Source: a virus (lineage: Duplodnaviria > Caudoviricetes). From it: a stretch of 30,507 nt of DNA. The stretch is from positions 1 through 30,507 of IMG/VR virus record IMGVR_UViG_3300030330_005611. One strand, 5' to 3'. Under the pieces are notes generated by a model. The model was not told where the DNA came from, searched no databases, and saw only the letters and a list, made by a program, of their open reading frames with translations. This document shows positions 1-8,300 of the stretch, piece by piece. Position 1 is the stretch's first letter. The number at the start of each line of letters is the position of its first letter. Position numbers and translations under genes: made by a program.

Positions 1-780
1 AAATACCTTTACTTTTGCGTTGAGATTTTCAATAGTTTCTTTGTAAGAATCTATCGCATTCTTGATAGTCTCTTCTGTTTTTAATTCTGTTTCAGTAAAA
101 AACTTTCTATACTTAGGAAGTTCTTCTTCTACTAAGTTTTTTACTTCCTTAGTATTATTTTTGAAATCTTCTTTGACTTCAGAAATAGTATCAGTGTTGA
201 GTTTTTCAACCTCTGATAGAGCAGTCGTAACTTCTTTATTAACATCTGCTCTAATCGTATCTAAGTTTTCTTCTACCTTATCCTTAAACTGCCCAAATCT
301 ATCATCAATTCTAACCTCAGACTCTGAGATTAATTTCTTGTACTTTGGTACATCAATGCTCAGAAATCCTTCAACGGAAGTTGACAGACCTTGAAAATCC
401 TCTTTAATCTGATCAACTGTTTCTCCATTGATAGAGGAGATCTTAGATTCAATCTTTGATATTGATTCTTCTACAAAAAGAAGTTGTGCCATCATGGCAC
501 TATCTAAATCTTCTTGCTTGAGTAAACTCTTTATTTCATCTTTGATAATATCGACTTCACTAGATACGTTCTCTACTTTTTCTAAGTTTTCTCTAAAACT
601 GTCAAAGGTAGAAGTGAAATCAGATAATGATTGAATATGATTTAGGTTTGCTTTAAAAGCATCAAATGCTTCTGAAACCTGTTCAATCTTTTCTGGAGAC
701 GCAGCAATATACTCCTCTTTTACTTCATCAAGAGGAGTCTTTTTATTTCCAAAAAAATCTGAAGGCTTCTTTAATGCCAC
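1..780 (-). CDS. Hypothetical alpha-helical/coiled-coil protein with an internal 77-aa repeat (partial, runs off the left edge; not in the ORF track)
   Basis: Manual translation from GTG at 780-778 gives 260 stop-free codons to position 1: MALKKPSDFFGNKKTPLDEVKEEYIAASPEKIEQVSEAFDAFKANLNHIQSLSDF...NLNAKVKVF. AGGAG lies about 11 nt upstream and an AATAAATA late box is at 806-813. The sequence is E/K-rich and amphipathic. Confidence 0.88.
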   Translation of the reverse strand, partial: MALKKPSDFFGNKKTPLDEVKEEYIAASPEKIEQVSEAFDAFKANLNHIQSLSDFTSTFDSFRENLEKVENVSSEVDIIKDEIKSLLKQEDLDSAMMAQLLFVEESISKIESKISSINGETVDQIKEDFQGLSTSVEGFLSIDVPKYKKLISESEVRIDDRFGQFKDKVEENLDTIRADVNKEVTTALSEVEKLNTDTISEVKEDFKNNTKEVKNLVEEELPKYRKFFTETELKTEETIKNAIDSYKETIENLNAKVKVF

Positions 781-804
781 TGTTAATATATCTCCTGTAT
801 TTTA

Positions 805-1227
805 TTATTTATTGTCCTCTTTTAATCCATGTTTGAGCATTTTTGCTAGTTCTGCAGTAGACCCAACAAACAATGCATTATTAACTGTTGATGGTCCTTT
901 AGTCTGTTTCTCCTCTTCTACATCTTTAAGTTTCTTCTGCAGGTCTAATAATTTATCTGTTGCATCAGCAACATTCTTAATTAATTGTCCTGCAACTTCA
1001 TATGCTCTAGGCATTTCGCTTTCTTGAGCAAGTTCAAGGACTCCATTCAGTGCCTCTTGACCTTTTTCAATTATACTATATAGATTCCCTCTGGTGTACT
1101 CATAATCCTTTTTTATATCATCTGAACTAGGTTTTGCATTATCCAACTCTTTTTTAACAACTTCAGCTTTTACAATTTCATCCGAAACATTAAAGGTGTC
1201 ATTTAATTCGTCAAAGTTTTTAGTCAT
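805..1227 (-). CDS. gp16: Terminase small subunit (T4 gp16-like), 140 aa
   Basis: Contains DYEYTRGNLYSIIEKGQEALNGVLELAQESEMPRAYEVAGQLIKNVAD and a C-terminal NNALFVGSTAEL, typical of T4-like gp16, and follows gp15. The ORF-track start at 1230 is a TTG. The ATG at 1227-1225 overlaps the gp15 stop as TGATG and is the more likely start. Confidence 0.92.
   Translation of the reverse strand: MTKNFDELNDTFNVSDEIVKAEVVKKELDNAKPSSDDIKKDYEYTRGNLYSIIEKGQEALNGVLELAQESEMPRAYEVAGQLIKNVADATDKLLDLQKKLKDVEEEKQTKGPSTVNNALFVGSTAELAKMLKHGLKEDNK
806..813 (-). promoter_or_regulatory. T4-like late promoter box AATAAATA
   Basis: The plus strand reads tatttatt. The box overlaps the last codons and stop of gp16 (AAT AAA TAA), 25 nt upstream of the GTG at 780, and matches the gp55-type TATAAATA/NATAAATA consensus. 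Confidence 0.7.
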
Positions 1228-2246
1228 CAAATAAACCCGCCATCAAATCCGAAGTTATCACCTGGTTCAATCAGAGCACTATCAACTCCAATTGTACCTA
1301 CGCTTGGCAGAGTTGTTTCTGTATAGTCGATTCCTTTGACCTCTGCTCCAGCAACATGCTTTTCTGCTTTTGTATTATCCCTGCCTCTATCAACGGTAAT
1401 TTTATTACCAGTCTTGGATCTAACGAAGAGTTCTTCATCTCCAATGAAGATGTACTTATCTGCCTTGATTCCAGTAGCATCTGCAACTTCAAAGGTTTTT
1501 GCTGTTGCACTAATGTCTGCTGCCAATGTAGTGACAACATTGTCTGTGTAAGACTTGAGTGCTCTTGCAGTAGCAGAGTAAGTAACCTCTCTTCTTGTAT
1601 TGGTGGTATCTGTTCCAGTGAGGTAACTGACAGTAGACCTCTTGATGATATCCTTGGATGCAGACTTGGTAGGTCCGAACAGATATGTCTTTGCAGTAAA
1701 TCTTAAAGTGTAATATAAGACTCTTCTAGTGGTAAAGTCTCCCTCATAATCATCTTGCATTGTAACACTTTCTAGCACAATGGGGACATCTCTCTTTTCT
1801 TTAATTTCATCAACTAGTTCAATAGAGAGATTATATGAAGGTTGGAAATATGGTAAAATTTGTTCTACAATTTGAAGTGCATCATCATTTAATTTAGTAT
1901 AGATGCTTAACTCAAATGCCATGTTATAAGGAACTGGCATGTACGATTTACGTGTTTCAGTTCCATCATCTTTGTCTTTTGCGATGAATGTCTGAGTGGT
2001 AGTTACTTTTCTGCTGGGATCGTAAGTAAGTCCAGTAAACTCAAAGGACATTCTTGGCAATGTGATTGCCATGGGTTTATTCAGGTCTGGTGACTGCTCA
2101 ATTCTTGCCAGGAACTTTTGAGTAGGACCATATGCCAAAGGAATTCTTACAACAGAACCTTCTTGCTGGATCTCCATAGCATTAAACAGAGTTCCAAAAC
2201 CGATAATGGTTTTTCTCAGAATCTCGTTGTAAAAGTATTCAAACAT
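1227..2246 (-). CDS. gp15: Tail sheath stabilizer / tail terminator (T4 gp15-like) with an extra C-terminal beta module, 339 aa
   Basis: Motifs YFYNEILRKTIIGFGTLFN, IPLAYGPTQKFLARI, LPRMSFE, PVPYN, QIVEQILPYFQP and FTAKTYLFGP; located in the gp13-14-15-16 block. Confidence 0.93.
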   Translation of the reverse strand: MFEYFYNEILRKTIIGFGTLFNAMEIQQEGSVVRIPLAYGPTQKFLARIEQSPDLNKPMAITLPRMSFEFTGLTYDPSRKVTTTQTFIAKDKDDGTETRKSYMPVPYNMAFELSIYTKLNDDALQIVEQILPYFQPSYNLSIELVDEIKEKRDVPIVLESVTMQDDYEGDFTTRRVLYYTLRFTAKTYLFGPTKSASKDIIKRSTVSYLTGTDTTNTRREVTYSATARALKSYTDNVVTTLAADISATAKTFEVADATGIKADKYIFIGDEELFVRSKTGNKITVDRGRDNTKAEKHVAGAEVKGIDYTETTLPSVGTIGVDSALIEPGDNFGFDGGFI

Positions 2247-2279
2247 GATTAAACTTTAAACTATTACCTGCAGTAAAAC

Positions 2280-2287
2280 TATTTAGG
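2280..2287 (-). promoter_or_regulatory. Late promoter box variant CCTAAATA upstream of gp15
   Basis: The minus strand reads CCC TAA ATA G, overlapping the gp14 stop, about 33 nt before the gp15 ATG. It has the TAAATA core with C at the variable position. Confidence 0.55.
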
Positions 2288-3737
2288 GTATTCCAAAAGG
2301 ATTCTGTTCGCTGAAGTCTAATATTGCATCGGCAGCAGTTTCAATATCAAAGTTATCTGCAAATGGATCATTATTGATGGTTTTGTCAATAGTTCTCAGA
2401 ACTCTAGTAGCACCAGATGTTGACCCAGTTAAAGTCTCTCCTGCAGAGAAACTTCCAGAAACACTTGCAACTTCAAGAACATTCGTATCAGCATCCCAGG
2501 ATCTAACTCTTGCAGTCGTGTTGCTGGTAGAACCAGTTATTATCTCATTGAATGCAAAGTTGCCTGTATTTGTTCCTGAGATAGGCGCGGCAATAGAAAC
2601 TGTAGGTGCAACAGAATATCCAGCACCAGTATTTGTCAAATAAATGTTCGTTACTGCTCCTGCAGAATTTATTATAGAAACTGCAGATGCACTAGCAGTG
2701 GTTACTCCTGCTTTAAATATTTCATTTGTAAATGTAATGACTGGTTTATCAATGTATCCTCCACCAGCACTTGTGATGGTAACCACACCAACTGCATCAT
2801 CTGCAAGAACAGTTGTTGCAGCTGCACCAGTACCTGTTCCATCAGTAGTTCTAAAGGTCACTTCAGGTGCTACAGTGTATCCAAAACCAGGATTAGCAAC
2901 ATCAACCCTCTGAACAGATTGGAGTCTTGGATTTGCATTAAGATTGCAAACATTAATGCCACCAATCATTGTTGCAATTCCAACTGCGGTTAGTCCTCCC
3001 GCTGGAGCAGCAGATACTTCAACCGTAGGAACCATTCCATATCCACCACCTCTATTAGTTACTGTAAATGACTGTACAGAGCCATCGACTAGTCCTGTAG
3101 TAGCAGTTGCTTGAGCTGCAGTTCCAACCATTGTGAGAGTCTGAGTAATTCCTTGAATCGTGCTGATGCCGTCATCAGTCAATCCATCAGTTTCATCACC
3201 TAGTAACTCATTATCAATATCCTCAATTCCTGTTGCAATAACCTCATCCTGATACTGGAAGAGTTCACAATACAGTTCATAAACATAAAGGTTTTGTAAC
3301 TGATAATATGGTTTCGCATACTCAATGTCTTTAATTTCATAAAGACGATCATCAAGTGGGAACCAGATTAAATCTCCACCTTTTGGTCTGGTTGATAATT
3401 TGATATTTGATTGTCCTTGAATCAGAGGCGTGATATAGTTTTCATATCTTTCTCTAGAGATAATAAGTCTTACCTCATCTTTTGATTCAATACCAAATTT
3501 CGAGAGCACATCTCCTGCTCCAGAATATGCATCATAATTATCAACATATGCTTCAATAGGCAAAGCACTATCAAACTTAGACTGGACGACTTCTCTAATG
3601 ACAGTCTTTTCTGTCATATATTTTCTTGGGATGTAGTATATGTCTACACCATACATCCTCAACTGTTCGTTGATCAGGTCCTGAACAAGATTCTGTTCAG
3701 AAGAAGTGCCTTGAGTGAAGAAAGGATTTAAAACCAT
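2283..3737 (-). CDS. gp14: Neck protein (T4 gp14-like, head closure) with a long repeat-containing C-terminal insertion, 484 aa
   Basis: N-terminal EQNLVQDLINEQLRMYGVDIYYIPR, LSKFGIE, RPKGGDLIWFP and YVYELYCELF; C-terminal DAILDFSEQNPFG. The start overlaps the gp13 stop (TGATG). Confidence 0.92.
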   Translation of the reverse strand: MVLNPFFTQGTSSEQNLVQDLINEQLRMYGVDIYYIPRKYMTEKTVIREVVQSKFDSALPIEAYVDNYDAYSGAGDVLSKFGIESKDEVRLIISRERYENYITPLIQGQSNIKLSTRPKGGDLIWFPLDDRLYEIKDIEYAKPYYQLQNLYVYELYCELFQYQDEVIATGIEDIDNELLGDETDGLTDDGISTIQGITQTLTMVGTAAQATATTGLVDGSVQSFTVTNRGGGYGMVPTVEVSAAPAGGLTAVGIATMIGGINVCNLNANPRLQSVQRVDVANPGFGYTVAPEVTFRTTDGTGTGAAATTVLADDAVGVVTITSAGGGYIDKPVITFTNEIFKAGVTTASASAVSIINSAGAVTNIYLTNTGAGYSVAPTVSIAAPISGTNTGNFAFNEIITGSTSNTTARVRSWDADTNVLEVASVSGSFSAGETLTGSTSGATRVLRTIDKTINNDPFADNFDIETAADAILDFSEQNPFGIP

Positions 3738-4582
3738 CAGCCTATCATATCAAGTGGGGGCAGTTCATAGGTACTCGACATTACCTCTCTAATCTTATCT
3801 AGTTCCTTTTCTGCGTCATCGTATATTTGTCTACCATTCAGTTCGATGCCACCTGGAAGTTTAACTCCCTGGAACTTAATTAGATTTTGTCCCCACTGTC
3901 TCTTAATCAGTGCTGTCAGATAACGCTTCAGGAAACCATCATTATAAACTCTTGGATGATCATTTGGATTAAGTAGTCTATAGCAGTCAATGACTATGTA
4001 ATCATCTACACTAACGCTTGACCAGTCAATATCCAAGTAAAGTCTATCTGATCTAATATTAAATCTGATCTGTTTCTGTGTTGTCAATGCAAAGTCGATA
4101 TCCTCAAGATATCTCTTGGTCATTGCATAGGTTAAAATTTCTGTTGATCCAAAGTAGTAAATATCATTCAAGAACAACTGATATTTAATACTGAACATAT
4201 TGTTGGTGGTTGTATTAGAACCATCAAAGTGAAATACTTTCGTTACTCCTAAAACTTCTGGAGGAACTTGTAAATAGTTGCTGTTTTCCTCAAACTGAAA
4301 GGATACAGACGAACCGTCAATTGTAGAACTTGCGGTTGTGGTTACAATACCGATAGGGTTGCTTCCGCCTCTACCTCTTCCCCTATCAATATCTGATTGA
4401 GTAATCTTATACTTTAAGAATGTGTTTGTTGTGCCGTCATAGTCGCGTTCCTGGAACACCTGGAGGGCATCATCAACCAAATCATCAATCTGCTCATCGG
4501 CAACATTAATCTCCAATACAGGAGCACCTAACTGCCTCTTACAGTACGCAACTAATTCTGATCTACTTGCTGGTTGAGCCAT
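3737..4582 (-). CDS. gp13: Neck protein (T4 gp13-like, head-tail adaptor), 281 aa
   Basis: YCKRQLGAPVLEINVADEQIDDLVDDALQ at the N-terminus and KRQWGQNLIKFQGVKLPGGIELNGRQIYDDA near the C-terminus, both hallmarks of gp13. Confidence 0.94.
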   Translation of the reverse strand: MAQPASRSELVAYCKRQLGAPVLEINVADEQIDDLVDDALQVFQERDYDGTTNTFLKYKITQSDIDRGRGRGGSNPIGIVTTTASSTIDGSSVSFQFEENSNYLQVPPEVLGVTKVFHFDGSNTTTNNMFSIKYQLFLNDIYYFGSTEILTYAMTKRYLEDIDFALTTQKQIRFNIRSDRLYLDIDWSSVSVDDYIVIDCYRLLNPNDHPRVYNDGFLKRYLTALIKRQWGQNLIKFQGVKLPGGIELNGRQIYDDAEKELDKIREVMSSTYELPPLDMIG

Positions 4583-4604
4583 TTATTCACCAGTTTCCTA
4601 TGTG

Positions 4605-4612
4605 TATTTATG
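4605..4612 (-). promoter_or_regulatory. Late promoter box CATAAATA upstream of gp13
   Basis: The minus strand reads CCA TAA ATA C, overlapping the stop of the 128-aa gene, 22 nt before the gp13 ATG. Confidence 0.7.
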
Positions 4613-4994
4613 GTGCTGCTGATACTGCGGGAACCACCATTATATTGCCATTTGCAATGGTGTATAAAGTTGATCCACTACTAACTATCACATCAAACAT
4701 ATATCGTCCCTGATCAAGACTTCTAGTCGAAGTAGAACCCAAGGAAATTTTTATCTTTCCTTCTACAGCACTAGTGATTCCGACAGTGAATGCCGTTGTA
4801 ATTCCAAGTGTTGCTCCAACGGCAACACTTTTAGATATCGCAGCAGATCCAGAATAATTAGTCAAATCAAACGCAGTATTAGCGTTATTGATTACATTAA
4901 ATGTAGTTTCAAAGTCTGATCCCCCGTAAATCGTCAAATTGACACCATAAGGAACTCCAGAAGATGGATCGAAAGTGATATTTTTAGATGGCAT
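4608..4994 (-). CDS. Small beta-sandwich virion structural protein (probably BppU-N/Ig-like), 128 aa
   Basis: The pattern NLTIYGGSDFETTF...FDLTNYSGSAAISK...GKIKISL...TRSLDQGRYMFDVIV resembles small Ig-like proteins of cyanomyovirus structural regions. AGGA lies 7 nt upstream. The fold assignment is from pattern recognition only. Confidence 0.7.
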   Translation of the reverse strand: MPSKNITFDPSSGVPYGVNLTIYGGSDFETTFNVINNANTAFDLTNYSGSAAISKSVAVGATLGITTAFTVGITSAVEGKIKISLGSTSTRSLDQGRYMFDVIVSSGSTLYTIANGNIMVVPAVSAAP

Positions 4995-4998
4995 CTGG

Positions 4999-5166
4999 TT
5001 ATCCTATGATTGCGATTGTTTCTTGCTGTTTATAATATAATTTCGCAAAAGACTTTGCAATATTCTTTAGCATGTCACGATCATCACAACTATCTATCTC
5101 AGATGCAATCTTCTGATATGCAAAAGACTTTTCTAAACCTTTAATTTCAATATCATTTGGGTCCAT
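4999..5166 (-). CDS. 55-aa two-helix protein with an NblA-like (phycobilisome degradation adaptor) pattern; function tentative; below the ORF-track length cutoff
   Basis: ATG at 5166-5164 to TAA at 5001-4999: MDPNDIEIKGLEKSFAYQKIASEIDSCDDRDMLKNIAKSFAKLYYKQQETIAIIG. AAGGAG at 5179-5174 with 7-nt spacing. It fills the otherwise empty gap between the 75-aa and 128-aa genes. The confidence value refers to the gene being real; the NblA relationship is about 0.4. Confidence 0.85.
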   Translation of the reverse strand: MDPNDIEIKGLEKSFAYQKIASEIDSCDDRDMLKNIAKSFAKLYYKQQETIAIIG

Positions 5167-5380
5167 TGATTAACTCCTTTAGTAGTGACTTGATTTCATT
5201 AAGTTCATTCTTTACATTAGCAAGATCTTCTTCCATCGTCTGTACCTTTTGATTCTTTTCACTTTTAGCCTTTCGACTAGCAATGTATTGATCGTATGAT
5301 ACTTTATTTACATTAACTATACCATTTGTCTCAGGATCTCTTGCGAGATCCTTATGACCCTTTTGTGTGAATGTTTCCAT
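5153..5380 (-). CDS. Small hypothetical protein with a C-terminal coiled coil, 75 aa (probable virion or assembly protein)
   Basis: Starts 1 nt after the stop of the 2555-aa gene. N-terminal GHKDLARDPETNGIVN and heptad-like tail MEEDLANVKNELNEIKSLLKELI. Confidence 0.82.
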   Translation of the reverse strand: METFTQKGHKDLARDPETNGIVNVNKVSYDQYIASRKAKSEKNQKVQTMEEDLANVKNELNEIKSLLKELINGPK

Positions 5381-5381
5381 A

Positions 5382-8300
5382 TTATGCGAGAGCGAGCACT
5401 CTGAGATTCTTCATTTGAGGAACCAGTTCTTGACTGGTTGATGTCATTACGAGTTTGATTCTATAGGATCTAAAGTTTGGAAGATCATCAATAGTAAATG
5501 TGCGCTCAACAAAGTCAGTATCATATGCACTATATCCTCTCTTGATTGAATTTTCTATGAAGATATCAGGTCTTCCATCATTATTTTCATCATTAATAAC
5601 CTGACCGTTAATATCCAAATTCAAATATCCTGGGAATGGTTCAAAGATTGGTTCAAATCCAGGATCCGAATTGATTGCATAGAACGCTCTGATATCAGCA
5701 TCTGTAGGAATGTGAGCATCTACAATAACTTTAATCGAAGATGCGGGATTTTCGAGAGTTACTTCTTTGGAGACATACTGACATGCGCTAGGATCATTAA
5801 AGAGTGAATTTACTCTAGGATCTGTAGCATAATCAGTAACCTCCGAGTTAACTCTATTAGATACAGCATAGACACTACATCTCTGAAGTTCAATTTGTGG
5901 AGTTAACTTAGTATTAGTCGTTCCAAGGAAAAGTCTCATTTGCATGGACTTATTACCTTCAATCGCATTTAACTTACGATCTTCATTTACTTTAGAGAAG
6001 ACTGCTCTTGGAGAATCAAGGAAATTATTTGTATTAAGAGTAACATCTTCAAATCCCGCATTTACATATGGAATTTCATTACCACTAATACTTTGAGTGG
6101 TAACTGTTCTTATTTGACCAGATAAAGTGGTTCCTTCAACAGTGATATTGTGTATGGATGGTTTAATAATCTCAAAAGCAATATTCTTACTGCCCTTGAC
6201 ATTATCTCCACCAGTAGACTTCGATCTATTGAGGAACAGTTTGGGGAATCCTACTCCAGTAGATCTGTCGGCATTATTATTAATACCAAGAGTTCCAAGT
6301 TTTTGAGACATATCAAGTTTGATATGATAAGAATCTAATGTAATTGGATTTGGAATAGTTACGTCATTTAGATCATGAGTTCCATTAATTCTGGCAAGAC
6401 TTACTCCAGCAAGTTCATACTTATAAACTGGGGTGTCTATAGGATACGATTTTGGAGTTACTCCTCTGGAAATATTTCCTCCGATGGTCGATGATGTTGT
6501 GCTAGTGTATTCAATGACTTCTTCGCCAATTAAGAGTAATCCAGTGTTAGTTAAACCAACACCAACACCTTCAAAGGTAGAGAATGTATCTCCTGTACCA
6601 GCACTTACCTGAATTGGATCTGTAGATGACTTATCATATGCAGCAGTCAATTTGGTAGGTTTAACATCAGGAAGAACACCAAATATTCTTACGAAGTTGT
6701 CGTCAAAATTCATTCCATGATTAACATGATTGACTTTAATGTGAAGTCCATCAGAAACTTCTACTATTCCATTAGATGGGATAGTAACATCTCCACCGTT
6801 GACGCTATTCAGTTCTCTATCAACATCATTGCTATCAAGGAAACGAATAGTTCCAGCCGCTCCAGTAGTAAATTCACCTTGGACATTACCAAGTATTAAT
6901 TGAGATGTAAATCCAATACCAGACAATGTAAATCTAGCATTTCTTCCAACACTCAGTCCAGCAGGATCTGATGAAGATGGATCTGGTGCAGTAGCACTAA
7001 TGGTAACCACATCACCGACTTGATAACCATTACCACCATTATTATTGATAGTTGCTCCAATGGCAACTCCATCCTCAATGGTAACATCTGCAGTAGCTCC
7101 TGAACCATTTCCAGAAACCGCAACCAAGTTTACTCCAGTATAAGTAAATGATCCATCTGCAGGAGTATAACCAACACCTGGATTAGTGACTGATAATGTT
7201 CCAGTGGCACTAGCACCAACTCCAATCAAATCTCCTTGTCCAGTTCTGTTTGCAGAAGTTCCTTGATAGAAAGTATTACCAAGAACATAGCGATTATCTG
7301 CAACAGTTGTTCCTAATCCAACACGAATTTCTTTTGAAGTAATATTTAATGGATTTTCCATTAAAGTTGCAATTTGCTTATTACCTTCAGAAAGTTCTGG
7401 ACTATAAAGATCTACCGATCCAGACTCAACAAAGTCTGCTCTATACAGAGTAAACTTAAGATCTTCCCACTGACTTGCTTCCCATGTGGAGGCATTTTGA
7501 GATTTAAACAGGGATCCAAGTGTTGGTTGGTTAGAAATATAAGCATCTGATACGATATCATTTTCACCAACTCTTGAAATGTAAACACTATACTTGGTTG
7601 AGTTTGAAATCAAGCAGATAGCATATTCGTTACCACCCTCCAGATAAACTGGAGCAGCAAATTCAAATGTAGTTGCTACAGTTCCATCAGTTGAAGTATT
7701 AACATCATCAGGATAAAGAATTACTTCAGAAAGATCGAAATACTTAGGAGTTGGGAAACCATTATCCATGGTTCTAATTTGCATTCTAACAGGAGTGTTT
7801 CCATCATCCTTAGTACGGAAGAATACATCACACTTCGTTATGAATACACCTTCTGGGTCTTCCTGCTGATCAACAAGGAAGGATTGTGCCAGGGGATCAT
7901 ACCAACCAACAATAGATTCACTTGTACTTGCCTGACCAATGTTTCTAGTTGCAGTAATTTCAGTATCGACAGTTCTATTAACGAGTTCGTCTTCAAAGAG
8001 TTTCTTCTGTTCAATTTTTGCATTCCTAATTGAAAGAATTTGATCCTGAACTGTCTCTAAAATACCAGAAGTTGGATATGCTTCTTCACCAACAGTAGTA
8101 GCAGAATCTTGATCATTATCTGGATCATTTGTCAATGTGAATACATTGGTTCCAGTTGCAAAATTAGGATTGTCTCCATTAGATGCATCAGGAATAAAGA
8201 AACTTCCTAACAGAGCTGAAGATGTATCAGTGATGAGTCGAACATTTGTTACCTCTGCTTCTGCGCCACTGGTTTGTCCAATCAGTTTCATTCCTGCCTG

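Noticed and set aside
1228-1230. Track start for gp16 at 1230
   Set aside because: It is a TTG. The adjacent ATG at 1227 forms a TGATG coupling with gp15, as at the gp13/gp14 junction.
5045-5131. 12-bp direct repeat gcaaaagacttt at 5045 and 5120 in what looks like an intergenic gap on the ORF track
   Set aside because: Both copies encode KSFA in the 55-aa ORF, 25 codons apart. With only two copies there is no case for a CRISPR array or operator, although an ancient helix duplication cannot be excluded.
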